This document shows positions 21,549-34,087 of a DNA stretch of 58,615 nt, piece after piece (within the stretch, counting starts at the first letter, position 1; every line of letters starts with the position of its first letter). Both the position numbers and the translations under genes were made by a program. Location of the stretch: NCBI RefSeq assembly GCF_000760515.2, contig NW_013546623.1, positions 1 to 58,615 of the forward strand, read 5' to 3'. Below the pieces are notes generated by a model. That model was not told the origin of the DNA, ran no database searches, and worked only from the letters and a program-made list of their open reading frames with translations. The stretch is from Mitosporidium daphniae. Its lineage: Eukaryota.

Positions 21549-23049
21549 TGGCTTGTCATACAAAATCTGGCTCGACACTGGTTGATTGGCGTTGCCGGAT
21601 ATCCCACCACAACCACAGCAACTCCTTTATCGAGCAGACGGCGCGAAAATGCTCTATACATTGAAAAACGTCTGTATCTTACGCCATCGTTGTTGGCTGG
21701 AATATCAACATCGGGACGACAGGGGAACCAATTGCACCTCCGACAACCAGTCCAGATGCTATCAGCGCATCCCTAAAATACTTTGAATTTTTGAAAAGCG
21801 AATAAATGCGGTCTTTGCCTTCTTTTCCATCCACCAAAGCAAGGGCCTTTAAAATATGCTGGCAAACCGGAGGTGCAAGCGGTTCGCAATATGCATATGA
21901 ATGTCCAAATGCTCGGAGATAGTCAACCAGCTCCTAATACAATATTGGGAAAAGTGCACTGCGCATACTTTTTTTCCAGCTATGTAGCCACCGGAAGCTC
22001 CAAAGCTCTTGGTAAAGGTCCCCATTAAAATGTCTATTTTTTTGGTGTCAACGCCGAACCAGTCACAAATTCCCCTTCCATGCGGACCGACTGCGCCAAT
22101 CGAATGGGCCTCGTCCAGGAACAAGTAAAATTTGTACTTTTCCTTCAATTGCACAATTGCAGGGAGAGGTGCAAAATGCCCCTCCATTGAATATAGTCCC
22201 TCAATGACAACGATGATTTTGTTCCACGGGCGTCTTGTCTTTGGCTGTCCCTTAACTATGACGTCCCTCAACAGTCGCTCCAAATCAGCGGTATCTGCAG
22301 TTATTTCTAACATCAGCAAAATTTACCGTTATGGCGGAAGACGCGGATAAGAGATCCAGATAAGCGGGCCCCAAATATTAAAGAGGAATGATTGAGTTCA
22401 TCCGAAATGATGATCGTTCCTGGCCCTTCGGCGAGCACAGGCAAGGATGTGGAGTTTGTGGCAAATCCCATGGCGCAGACCATTGCCGCTTCAACGCTAA
22501 GAAATTTAGCGACCGATTCTTCCAATTCTTGCAGAAGCGGAGATTTTCCCAAATCAAGAATCGGGGCGCCTATGGAAACGCCGTATTTTGACAGCGAACT
22601 AAGCGCTGCCGATTGGCACGGCCCTTCAGGCTGCGAAAACCCGAGGTAGTTGTAGGATGCCAAATTGATACATGAGCGGCTCTCTCCGGTGTACCTGTGA
22701 TGGGAACAACATATTCTTACTCAAAAGTATCATTGTAATCCTTTGATTTTCGAATCAGGATGTTGATCATCGAGCTTGGAACGCCTGTGATTGGTCTGTT
22801 CCAGCAGTCTCTAATGCGATGGTAGATTCTTCGTATGTAAATGGATTCAAAGTCGCTTGTAAGCGGCGCTATCCCATTGCTGACTCTCAAATGCGAAAAG
22901 TCGTTTGGATAAACAAGCTTGGCAATAAGATCCCTAACATGGGCAACAAGCGTCAGTATGAAATAAATAAGATATGTCGATATAAGCAAGCGTACAGACA
23001 CGCGTTCAGAAAAATCCGTGTGCTTTGAATCGTCTGTGGGTGCTGGCAT
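21452..23049 (-). CDS. LCB2: Serine palmitoyltransferase subunit 2, spliced
   Basis: [59 protein letters not shown] (PLP lysine), VVVGYPATP...RARFC. Confidence 0.95.
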
Positions 23050-23169
23050 TGAGTAACTAGAGAAACATGTCCAAATTTAGACATAGTAACTGGCTGGCCA
23101 GTGATAGCATTTAGATTAATTTTAATAAATTTTGGAAAGGCAATTATTAATACTGCATTGCGCTTCATT

Positions 23170-23572
23170 ATGGAGCAGTATCGCAAAGTGCAGGAAGGTA
23201 CGGCATATTGTGGGTTTTCTGATCCAGATCTATCGCATGCAATTAGCGCTCGGCAAAAATTGGAAATACAGCTGCAAGAGAACGACGCAGTGCAAAAGGT
23301 TCGAGTATCAAATAATTTTTCTTCGCAGGAGCTGGAGGCGTGTGAATCCACCGAGAATGTGTTCAAACTCAATTGCGGCATATTGTTTCCGGTTTTAATT
23401 TGCGAGGCAAAGGAAAATGTGTCGAAACGCCTCGAATTCATCACAGCCGAGGCTAAAAAAAGCGACCAGCAAATCTGCAAGCTGGAAAAGCGGAGAGACG
23501 AGTTGGAGGCGCAAATGGAAATGGAAAGGGTTCAATTTTTAATATTTCTAACCCTAGAACGCAAACAAATAA
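23170..23572 (+). CDS. PFDN6: Prefoldin subunit 6 (4 predicted exons)
   Basis: ISARQKLEIQLQEN...VFKL...EAKENVSKRLEFITAE; about 30-nt GT-AG introns; spliced stop TAA at 23570-23572. Confidence 0.8.
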
Positions 23573-23651
23573 ATTTTACTTCCTGTTTGATAAACCAAAT
23601 TTGGAGTTGCATTTTACGGGCAGGGGTGGCTTTTTATAAACCTGACCGACC

Positions 23652-24320
23652 ATGTCTTCCGTACTCACGTTCCCCGCCGATTTTCCCGTCCTCAATGAGC
23701 ATCTGTCAACGCGCAGTTTTATCGAGTTTACTGGAAAACCATCATCAGCTGACGTCGAGGTCCTGAAAAGCCTTGGAGCGTCTCCCGTCGATGCCAAGCT
23801 GTATCCGCATGTGGCTCGCTGGGCTCGCTGTGTTGCCTTTAACGTGGAGAAAAAGTCGATTTGCAATTCTCAATGCGAAATTGCCAATCTGATTCTTAAA
23901 ACAGCCAGTGTTTCCGTTTCCTCGTCAAAGGCGAATGACGATGATGTTGATCTGTTTGGATCTGACGAAGAGGAAGATGCCGAGGCCGAGGCATTGAAGG
24001 CCAAGCGCCTCGCAGAATACAATGCCAAAAAAGCAGCAAAGCCTGTCGTCATTGCCAAGTCGCTGGTCACCATGGATGTGAAGCCATGGGAAGATACCAC
24101 GGATTTGGTGGAAATGGAGAAATGCATTCGCGAAATAGAGATGGACGGTCTTGTTTGGGGATCCTCAAAACTGGTTCCCATTGGATATGGAATTCGCAAG
24201 CTTCAAATTTCCTGTGCAATCGAAGATGCAAAAGTAAGCATGGATTCTGTGGAAGAGCTGATCGTGGGATTTGAAGACCTCGTGCAGTCGATCGACATCG
24301 TTTCGTTCAACAAGCTCTAA
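23652..24320 (+). CDS. EFB1: Translation elongation factor 1-beta
   Basis: [67 protein letters not shown]. Confidence 0.96.
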   Translation: MSSVLTFPADFPVLNEHLSTRSFIEFTGKPSSADVEVLKSLGASPVDAKLYPHVARWARCVAFNVEKKSICNSQCEIANLILKTASVSVSSSKANDDDVDLFGSDEEEDAEAEALKAKRLAEYNAKKAAKPVVIAKSLVTMDVKPWEDTTDLVEMEKCIREIEMDGLVWGSSKLVPIGYGIRKLQISCAIEDAKVSMDSVEELIVGFEDLVQSIDIVSFNKL

Positions 24321-24379
24321 ATCCATCCAATAAACCATTAGCATCTAAAATCCAATTTGCAGGCCATTGCAAGTTAAAT

Positions 24380-25819
24380 TTATTGATGTAAAGCCTCAAT
24401 GTTGGCCGACTTGGGCGGTGCATCTTGGAACACTGTTTCCGATGCAGAGGACGAGGTTTTCAGATAAGATAACTCGGAGGAGAGTGAATTTTCAAGCGCA
24501 TATAGAAGCGAGATTTTGGCGTCCACCTTTCGTGCTAGAAGCTCTGCAAGAAGCGCCAACGACTGGCGTGTTTTCTTTTCCTCTTCGGTCAATTGAGTAT
24601 CCACAAGTGATGGGAATGCGGAAACAATTTGGGAGACAACTTCGTCTTGGTTCGAGAGGTCCTGCTTGAGGGTGGAAAGCGCCATTTTCGCGGCCTGAGC
24701 GCCAACGTCCGGGTGAACTGCAGAGGAGAGCGTGGCGACAAGCGCTGCAATTGGATTGTTTGATGAACTTGCCAGGGAGTTTGAAAAAAGCTCAAAAGAG
24801 GCTGTTTTTTCGGCCTGCATGTCCGGGAGCGTGATGAACTTCCTTATGCATTCGCTTGAAGACCGAGTCTGGACGTGTGTCGAAATACGCTCCCAAGCCT
24901 CCGGTCCGGAGGACTCTGAAGCAAACATCTCAATGCCCTCAAACAGGTATAGCAGCTCTTGGTCCGACCAGCCGCCATCTTCAGAGGATATCCCCAATTT
25001 TACAAAATCTCCACTGAAATATTGGGACGAAAACCGCCCATCGCCAAAGCAATCCATACAAAGGTTAAGCGAAGGGTCCTTCAAAGAGTGATACAATTCA
25101 TCCTGTGCCATTTAGCAAATGTTTTCGTCCTACCTTGGAAAGGTTCAATCCGCAAGTGTTGCAAAAGATGTTCAATTTTGTCGACCCACATGATGGCTTG
25201 GCGTTTGCCGAGCCGGAGCGGTCCCATATGACGGGCGCTTTTACTGCTACTGGCGCCTCCTTTGGTTGTGAAGGCTCGGGCTGTATGTTTTGTTGCACAA
25301 TTCTAGAATGTGCATCCTAGATGGTAAAGTCAAAGACGCACATACAGGAATCCAGTTTATGAGGCCCCACCGTTCAAGAAACGAGTGGATTTTCAATAAA
25401 GCTGCGACGTCCATCGCCAAATGCCTCCTAATGGCTGTAACAGATGTGTACACTGGTGGCGAGCCCGCTGAGGAGCGCCACGTCTGAATCACAAAATTGC
25501 GAGCGTGCCTATATTGGGATACGGTGGCCGTCTCGGCGGAATCTGTGCAAGACGGTGGAAAGAACTCTGGAAATGCTCGCTTTTCAATGCCATGGATAGA
25601 ATCTAAAGAAAACCATGCTGCATACGCAGGGACAGGGTAATCCGGCACCGCTCCGGCATTTGATGGGGCATCATTTGGCTGGCTGCTTGGCGTGATGTTG
25701 GCAATATTTACAGGCTCCCTCCCGGCAAAGGATGGAACATCCGGAACACCAGAGGGCTGGGAAAAGCCGCATGAGCCATTTACAACATTTGCATTGTTAT
25801 TCCCAATTGGGGCGGGCAT
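24380..25819 (-). CDS. SWI3: SWI/SNF-RSC subunit SWI3/RSC8/SMARCC (SWIRM, ZZ-like, SANT), spliced
   Basis: VPAYAAWFSLDSIHGIEKRAFPEFF, KIHSFLERWGLIN, CNTCG / LCMDCF, WSDQELLYLFEGIEMF, NPIAALVATLSSAVHP. Confidence 0.9.
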
Positions 25820-25944
25820 TATTGATAATTAAATTTGACAAAAATTGGATCATGCTAATTAGTGGATGCCCCCTAAAGAGTTTAAAATTTACTCGGATTT
25901 TCAATTTGACAGCCTGAGTAGTCGAATTAGCCAAATTCGGAACA

Positions 25945-28430
25945 ATGGGCATCTTCGTGCCGCGCCATAAGTGCAGGGTTGAGGCGATGTTTCCGCCTAA
26001 GCAAATATCGATTTTCTCGCTGAAGATGCCGCATCCGTCGTATGAACCCTCTCCCGACCATCTTTCAAGATTTCTTACTTATTTGCTGGCAAAGCCCCAC
26101 AAGATCAAAAAAACCTCATCTTACCTGCTTGCCAAATTTGAAAAGTGTTATTTTAAAACTTTGGACTATGTGTAAGGAGGCGGTGTTTTTAATGTTTGTA
26201 GTGCTTGTTTCGTGACGCTAAGCATCATCGAGCATATTTTGCTGCAATTGCATCGATACATTTCGTCATTTTGCCTTCCCGTGCTTGCAATTTTGTTTTC
26301 GTGCATTTCTGCGGTCGAGTGCACTGCGCTTCAAGTAAAGGCCATCGAGACCGTATTAACCGACCACTGGCTAATTTGTAGTTTTCGTTGTTTTGCAAGA
26401 TGCTTGGAAGCACCAGTCACCTGCGAAGAATGGGGTTTGTAGACCGCTATGCCAAAAACCACCATGCCACGATGGGAAATACGAGCGAAAAGCCTTCCGG
26501 AATGAGCAAAAAGAGCTCGAAATCGCTGCTTACTGCGAGGCTGCAAATTTTGTCTACCGCTGTAAATATCGACAATATTTTCAAGCCATTCAGCCCGGCC
26601 TCCATTTTCTATTCAATACTGGCCCTGATAGCCAGTTTTATTCTTCAGCCCTGCATGCCACAAATCAGAGACTCTGCGTCTTCTCTGGCTCCTTCTCCAC
26701 GCATTCAGGGCGGCTTTGCGCGAAGCGCTCACCAAAAATTCTGCTCCTGCTGCCAAGGAAGCCTTTCAGAGGCTGTGAAATACCAGACAGACTCAAGCGT
26801 CTATTTGCATAAGCTTCCAATCCTACCTTCGCGTAGTATTATTGCAGCACTCTCCAAAAAGCTGTACAAGCGCTCCAAAAAGTTTCGAGGATCCATGTAC
26901 ATGCACCTGTTGCAACCCTCACCCTCGCCAACCCTTCTCCAGTAAACTTCGTTGAATATGTATCCCAATGTCATTCTAATTGAAGACTGGAGGTATTTAT
27001 TGTCGTTCAACTCTATTTATGTAAAAATCGGGGAAATCTATTTCCCAAACGAAATGTTCGTCACGTGCAGCGGCGAATTTGATGTGGTGTTTACCTGTTT
27101 TTTCGAGCTGCTGCGAAGATCGGAAAATAACTTTATCGCGTTCATGAGGTACTTTATGCTGAGGATGAGGAATATCCAGGATTTTAAATTCCCCCAACGC
27201 AATCATCATGTGATTGAGGGAAACCTGGGCGGATCGATCTTTGAAATGCCGATTGCAAATGGCCAGGCGACACAGGAGCCCCCTGTACTGGGCCATCCTC
27301 AATTTAAGGATACAGATGCTACTTCTCGCCCCCACGAGGCATTGTCTTCTTCGTTTTCTTCTTCGCCTGCCTTTACGCTTCGATCGACAGATTTGGAACA
27401 AGAGCTTGTGGAAAAGAGATTTAAATTCATCACTTTGCTGGCTCCGATTACGATGGCGAAAATGATTTGCAAATACGCTGTTCAATTTGAGCCCTCTTTC
27501 ATCACCACTCTTATTGAGGAAATTCGAATTGGAATCGACAAGATTTCTCTCGTTTCGCCAAATCGATCGCAACCCTCCGTAATTCAGATGGACGGTTCAT
27601 TGCTTGCCTCTTCTTCCTTTAACAGTCTGCTTTTTGAAGCATCGATGTTTTCCATACTATGTCAATTGCTTGGCTTGATAAGGGAGATTTCCGCGCTCGT
27701 CCCTGGGCTAATCAAGACATGCATTGTGCAATTGCTGCGGTTGAGTCGACTGGAGTCTTCCCAATGCCAAAAAAATTCCCCATCTGTATGCGCTATCCCT
27801 TCGCAGGGCCAAAACTACCATACCCATGAAAAGGACAAAGGACATGAGTTGAATGGACACAGCGACGGGCACAGCGACGAGCACAGTGATGACGGAAATT
27901 CGGATCCTGCAGCTATTACGTTGCCTCGCGTCTCGAGTCCCATTTTTATGAGGGCAAACTATTCCTTCTCTAGTGAAGCAGTCTTTGTATTTGATGGATC
28001 TCTTTTTGTCTTGAAGAGCGAGCATCTGATGGCAAAGTTGATCTGTTGCCTTTTGTCCTCAATTTTGAGTCACTCTTCGGTGGTAAAAATTAGACAGGAG
28101 ATGTATTCCTATTTTATTGGGCGTCTTTTAAACTCGCCCTCTACGACATCTAGCTCGACAATTTCAGGAAATGGCTTTTATTGTGGAGGACCGCTCATTC
28201 CTTCTTTAAATCTGATTACAGGCTCAAATAAATTGTTTGCTGCCATTCTAGCATCAAACACAACAGGCAATAGCCAAAAGAACAGCGGAACTTCTGGGAA
28301 GCATTTTGGAAAGCTAGGGAGATTGTCCACCATTCCAAATGTTTTCTTGCGTTTAAAGCTATCGCGGGAACATTTGTTTTCCAAGGGAGGTGTTGATATT
28401 GTTAAGAACAAAAAGCATCCTGCTGCCTAG
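25945..28430 (+). CDS. EFR3: EFR3-like armadillo-repeat protein (PI4K complex scaffold), multi-exon
   Basis: N-terminus PRHKCRVEAMFP...PSPDHLSRFLTYLLAKPHKIKK resembles the EFR3 N-terminal signature; downstream exons are divergent. Confidence 0.6.
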
Positions 28431-28679
28431 ACCGGTAATGACAAAAAAGCCCAAGACTTGAATAAATAGATAATATTATCAACAGCCCGCTAAAATCTAC
28501 CAAAGTTGGACGTGGTCATATTCAATCGCTCCCAATGAAGCTGTTCGAACATACCGATCGAGGCCTGAAATGCAGAAGAATAATTGGTGCGATTGTAATT
28601 AACTTATTTACTTGGCATTTGGCTATTCTATTGGACAGTCGAGAGTCACAAGTAAATTTATTTTGGGGGTTTTTTATTT

Positions 28680-29468
28680 ATGCAGAAAAAAGCCAAAGTT
28701 TTACTTGCGCTCGTCGGCGGAGCGATCTTTGTTTTGGGGGTTGCACTTATCTTTATAAGCTCTTACACCTCAAAATACAGCAAGAGCCCTTCAACGGTCG
28801 ACATATCGGTTGTAAACGACGAGCCTGAACGCGGTCATTTAGAGACCAACTCAACCATCCTTTTGCGGAACTCTCCTTTGGTGCCGTCAGCCATTTTAAA
28901 TGAAAATTCAAGCAACTCAAATGACATTCAAAATGCTAAAAGCATGCACTTGTCCGATATCCTGTTTTCCATCTTTTTAATTGGCCTAGCTACATTCTTG
29001 CTTTGGTATCCTAGCTATCTTAGCCAAGACATGCCTTCCAAACTCGACTTTCATAATGCCTGTGGGATTTATTCTCGCCACATTTCCCCGATCTCCTTTT
29101 TCGGCATTCATGTTGTCGACCTTTTCGGCATTGCAGTGATGTTTGTGTTGATAGTTGGCTTTTTTCTCTGGATTTTCGGGGTTGATCCATATATTTTTAT
29201 TCAAATTCCTGAATATGTCAAAAAAATTGTTTTGGACTGCATCTGGTTCCCCGTGTTAAGCTTTTTAGAAGGATGCCATAATGGTATTCTCGCAATCTTT
29301 AACGCGAAAACGCTTTCAGGTGTTATGGAAAATATCATTGCATATATTAGATCAACCGTATTTTGGGAGAAACTTAGTTCAATGGCAAACTATTATTTCG
29401 ATGATGTTTTGCAAAAAATTATAAATTTTCTTATGGGAATGGCAAGAAGCTCTTCAAAAGCCGCTTAG
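28680..29468 (+). CDS. Hypothetical membrane protein, 262 aa
   Basis: Intronless ORF with an N-terminal signal anchor and two or three further TM segments. Confidence 0.6.
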   Translation: MQKKAKVLLALVGGAIFVLGVALIFISSYTSKYSKSPSTVDISVVNDEPERGHLETNSTILLRNSPLVPSAILNENSSNSNDIQNAKSMHLSDILFSIFLIGLATFLLWYPSYLSQDMPSKLDFHNACGIYSRHISPISFFGIHVVDLFGIAVMFVLIVGFFLWIFGVDPYIFIQIPEYVKKIVLDCIWFPVLSFLEGCHNGILAIFNAKTLSGVMENIIAYIRSTVFWEKLSSMANYYFDDVLQKIINFLMGMARSSSKAA

Positions 29469-29817
29469 TCTTCATGAATTCGATTTGGTCGTGTCAATCT
29501 AAGCTACCTGATCCGACCATCTCGGATCCTAACTTTTTCGTTTCCAAAAAATATCTTTCAGCTTAATAAATAAGATTATCGTGTAAAATTCCATTTAAAA
29601 CTCGGTCGCGTTCGATCAGGCATCCAGGAGTACCGCACACCTCCACACTGCGCTGGGAAAAGACGGCTCAACTCTACCTAATGTGCATGAAATGTTCCCG
29701 GATGTCCGTATTTTTAAGACCCCGCTTTAATTGGCTCTATACTCCAGCCCTTCATGTACGTATTTGATTGAACCGCGTAGTGGCCACATGATTAGACTTT
29801 CTGGGCAAACCGCTCAT

Positions 29818-30676
29818 TTATTTGCACATTTCAAACACAACAGAAGCCAGCCGTGCTCTGGACACCAATCTACTGATATCAAAGTCATGGAAATCCTTTA
29901 GCATGCCCCATTTTCGCGCTTGAATCCTTGTCTCAAGAGTAGCTGCATCAATGGCCTCTTCAACTGTAGAATCGCCAAATGCCAAATTGAGTCCTAGGAC
30001 ACAAGACTTGAAATCTCTAATCGCCATTTCACATGCAGCAATCGATTCGCTAGAAAGTGTACAAGAAACATGATCTGAAATGGCTTTGATCACATCCCGG
30101 AGCCCATTTTGCGATGCAAGGCCAGATGGCGGCGTTAACGCTCCAGAGGACGGCGAAATGTGGACGCCAAATCTCGAATTGAATTTTTTGATTTCATTGC
30201 ACCAAAGCAGCTCTTGTCCACTTCTTAAAGCATGATTTTCTTGCGAATCCCAGTACCTATAGCCAATGAAAAGCTAAAGCGTACAATATCGAATCAGATG
30301 GAAGAAAGGCCAAAATCTTTTTGAATTCCTCTGCAGCGCAATTCTGCGAGTCCAGGAATTGGGCTCTAAACAGCAGACTAGTCAACGGCCTTGAGGTGGA
30401 GATGTCTTTTTTAATAAAAGGAGACAACGACCACTCCAGCGCTGCCAATTGGGCGAGAGCTTCATTTTTAATGGTGAGCGGGAATTGCGGACAACTGCCA
30501 TTTTCAAATGACAGCGAGCTATTTAGAAGGTACTTATCATTCAAAAATAAGTTGTATCCACCTAAGTAGTTACACTTGCTTTCTTTACCTCGAGGGCCTT
30601 GTTGGACAACACATTTGAACGATGCACAGCCCGTGCTATACCGAGCTCGCAAAATAAACCGCCATGTACATGACAT
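29818..30676 (-). CDS. ATP12: Mitochondrial F1-ATPase assembly chaperone, spliced
   Basis: Presequence-like MSCTWRFILRARYS; LAQLAALEW, RPLTSL, FLPSDSILY, VEEAIDAATLETRIQARKWG...HD. Confidence 0.85.
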
Positions 30677-30725
30677 CAAGTTTACTAAACCGCGCTTTAA
30701 TTTGAATTTAAAATTACCACAGCCG

Positions 30726-31085
30726 ATGAGGCCACGCATCACCAAACAGGGAACCCCCGTCATACAGGGAATACTCGCTGGCGAGCGTGTACTGCATGGC
30801 TACCGATTCACAAAGTTTTCCAAAACAAAGCGTCTTTTTAGGCCAAATGTCTGCGAGGTTTCCTTTTTCTCTGAAATCTTAAATAGAAGCATTACATTTC
30901 CCGTTTCAGGAACTGCTCTCAATAGAATAGAAGCGCTGGGTGGCATTGATAATTATCTTCTTAAAAGTAAAATTTCCGACATCGCTCCAGACGCAATAGC
31001 TTGCAAATGGAGAAATTTTATCGCGGCCGTTCAAACGGGAGCCATCAAAATAGGTGGCGGCTCACATGGCACCTACCTGACATAG
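30726..31085 (+). CDS. Mitochondrial ribosomal protein, bL28m family
   Basis: GILAGERVLHG...KTKRLFRPNV...SEILN...ALNRIEALGGIDNYLL. Confidence 0.85.
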   Translation: MRPRITKQGTPVIQGILAGERVLHGYRFTKFSKTKRLFRPNVCEVSFFSEILNRSITFPVSGTALNRIEALGGIDNYLLKSKISDIAPDAIACKWRNFIAAVQTGAIKIGGGSHGTYLT

Positions 31086-31180
31086 ACCGTTGTACATGCT
31101 TTGAGGGAGGACACCACTTGAGTTGTGATAAATTATTTTATTAAGTAAAGCAATAAAGCTGGCAGCGCGAAAAGCATATT

Positions 31181-31858
31181 TTACGTGGAAACCCCAACGT
31201 GCGTATGGCGAAGGATACGGTCTTTAATCCGATATCCCTTCTTTTGGACGGCGACGATGCGATTTGCAACAGACGCCTCGGTTTTAGGGGCCTGAAATAT
31301 GGCCATATGGTGGTTTGGATCAAACGAATCCCCAGCTTCGGCCTCAATGGCCTCGATGCCGTGTCTTCTAAAGACCGATATCAACTCATTCCGAGTCAGA
31401 TCGACACCTTCTCTTAAATCTGAAAGGGCCTTTGCAAATTCATTCTCAGAAACCGACCCTGATGTTTTGGAATTGTTCAACGCGAGCTCAAGGACATCTA
31501 AAACGGGGAGCAAATCCTTTGCGAAGCGGGTGATGCTATGATTCGAGGCTGCCTCAACCTCCCTTCTAGTGCGGACACGCAGATTCTCCATATCAGCAAG
31601 GACCATGAGGTAAGAATGCTAGGTGAATCGGTAAAAGAACAAGCAACTTACGTGAAGCTCTTTATATTTATCAGAGTCCTTGACATCGTCTTTTGGTGTG
31701 CAAGTAGAAGGCTCTGAGGCCGGTGTATTTGAAGCGTTCGCGGCAGTGGGTTCGTGTGCCCCAGAAGCTCTACCAGTGGAGTACAATGGAGCCCTAAAAG
31801 CTCTTAGTCGGAGCAAAGGCGAGGATAGAGACAATTGTCGAAAAACAGCTCTATTCAT
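31181..31858 (-). CDS. MGE1: Mitochondrial GrpE nucleotide exchange factor (2 exons)
   Basis: Presequence MNRAVFRQLSLSS; LADMENLRVRTRRE, FAKDLLPVLDVLELAL, FDPNHHMAI, KGYRIKDRILR. Confidence 0.93.
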
Positions 31859-31944
31859 GTGCCAAGCGTTGTAAAACTGGAAATAAAATTTAAAATCCAA
31901 AAATTAATATTGCAGTATTGAGCACTTGGGAAAAATTCCTTTCC

Positions 31945-33107
31945 ATGATAATAGGCTGTCGATCGGTGGAGTCCTACCGCAAGCTGAATCGAATCGAAGA
32001 AGGCACATATGGCATAGTATATAGGGCGCAGGAAACTTCAACCGGAGAAATATATGCGCTCAAGCGGTTGAAGCTGGAGCGAGAGAAAGAGGGGTTTCCA
32101 ATAACCTCTCTGAGGGAAATATATGCTCTTTCCAAGCTCTCTCCGCACCAAAATATTGTACGCTTAAAGGAGATCGTCGTCGGAAAATCCATTGATCATG
32201 TATTCATTGTGATGGAGTTTATTGATCATGACTTGAAATCTCTTCTTACAAGACACAAAGCAAGTGTAGATCTTCCCCTCTCCATCAATAATCCCCAGTT
32301 CCAAATTTCGGAAATCAAGACGATATTACGGCAGCTGTTGGATGCAACTCGCCTCATGCATGACCATTGGATAGTTCACCGCGACTTGAAGACTTCAAAC
32401 CTGCTTTTTACAAACACGGGCCTGGTCAAGGTGGCCGATTTTGGTCTTGCTCGCAAGGTTTGTACCTTTTACTGACGCGTGCTTAGATTGGCACTCCTCC
32501 GCCGGCATTAACACCTGTAGTTGTGACTCTCTGGTATCGCGCGCCCGAGATATTACTGGGAGCCCCGACCTATTCTTCCCCCGCAGATATTTGGTCGATC
32601 GGCTGTATTTTCGGTGAATTGCTCTCTGGAAGGCCTTTATTTCCGGGAACCTCTGACATTGACCAGATTAACCACATATTTAAAATCCTTGGCTCTCCCA
32701 CCAACGACATTTGGCCATCTTGGGAAACGCTTCCTGGTGCACGGCTGTTTTCATCATCTGTGTCGGCAGCCTCAAATTCTAATAGTCGCACCCACAAGTA
32801 CAACCACCTGCGTGGGCTATTTTCCAGCTCTGGTCTAAGCGATAATGCATTTGACCTTATGAATAGGCTTCTTTTGTATGATCCATCCAAACGGATAACG
32901 GCCTTTGAGGCGCTTTCTCATCCTTGGTTCGAAGAATGTCCTCTTCCGAAGGACCCCTGTTTATTTCCCACGTGGCCATCACTTAACATAAAGTCAAAGA
33001 AGCCTCATTCATCTATTGCATCTGAAACCGTTGGTGCTGAACACCAAGAGTCACAGAAAAATAAAAAAAGATGTTCTAGTTTTTCCGCATATGACTTTTT
33101 GCTGTAG
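31945..33107 (+). CDS. CDK11: PITSLRE cyclin-dependent kinase (CDK11/CDK10 family), 2 exons
   Basis: LNRIEEGTYGIVYRA, GFPITSLREI, HRDLKTSNLL, KVADFGLAR, VVTLWYRAPE, FPTWPS. Confidence 0.92.
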
Positions 33108-34087
33108 AAAACGTTGCCATTGTGAATGCTTGAGTATCTCAATTCTACCTTGAAATTTTTCTGTCATACCCATCCATTTCTAATAAAGGCTTTCATATTC
33201 GGCTCACTTTCGCTAATTCCATCGATCATCCGGTGCTTATAAATCTGTGTGAAATGGGGTCTGTGTGCGTTTCAACCCCAATTCATATTTGAAGGCATTT
33301 AGTGTAGCCGAAATTTCTAACTTTGTGTGTTGTTACTACTGACACAAAAGGTTGAGATGTTATTAGGGCCCACTTGAATCGAATGAGATAAAGCGTTGCC
33401 ACTTTGTAGCCAACAAATTAGGGTTTGAAACTTTTGGTTAAAATTTGAGCCTAAATTTACACATGCCTTGGTCTGTTTCTGATTAGGATCCGTTTATACC
33501 TTTCCAGTGGAAAGAAATCACACATCAAGCGTAAAATCTCATCTACATCGCTTTCCATGTAAATGCCATGTTTTCCAACTGAGACCCGTGCAAGCTTTAT
33601 CAGGTGGATTTGAAACAAATATGTGTGCGTTTTAAATACCTAGCCTCGGCTATAAATTGAAAGACATGTGATCGGGTTCTCTGCCCCTGACCTGATCATG
33701 TTTTTATTGGTGAATTTGGGATTTTTTGGCTCTAATTTACATTCAAGATTGCCTAAACTTCGCACCTTTGAAGCCCTGGAAGCTTTCTGTAAATACCTTT
33801 CTGCTTCTATAATGCGACCTTTCGAGACTTTTAGGAAAGATCCTTTTGATGCCAATGAAAACCAAAAGGAAAAAAGTGTGCATGAAATGCCATTTAGCAA
33901 GAGCGATATTTGGAAAAGCGATGTGGATTGTAGAAGCCTACAACGTACCCGATACACTGCCCTTTAAATAAGCACCAGTGATATTGCCTTTTGGAAAGCT
34001 TCGCTTGGGCATGTTAAACGCCACTTGAACTTGGAACATGTAATTTATTTTAATTGACCGCTGCATGGTGCAGAGAAACAGCCTTGG

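Noticed and set aside
23101..23766. 221-aa ORF apparently overlapping EFB1
   Set aside because: Read-through of in-frame micro-introns; the spliced prefoldin gene is predicted to stop at 23572.
30257..30763. Apparent head-to-head coding overlap of ATP12 and bL28m in the ORF track
   Set aside because: The overlap depends on upstream extensions (a TTG start for the plus ORF); plausible ATGs at 30676 and 30726 do not overlap.
33108..34087. 99-aa and 105-aa ORFs in a 1-kb gap
   Set aside because: Non-ATG starts and no recognisable motif; cannot be supported as genes without transcripts.
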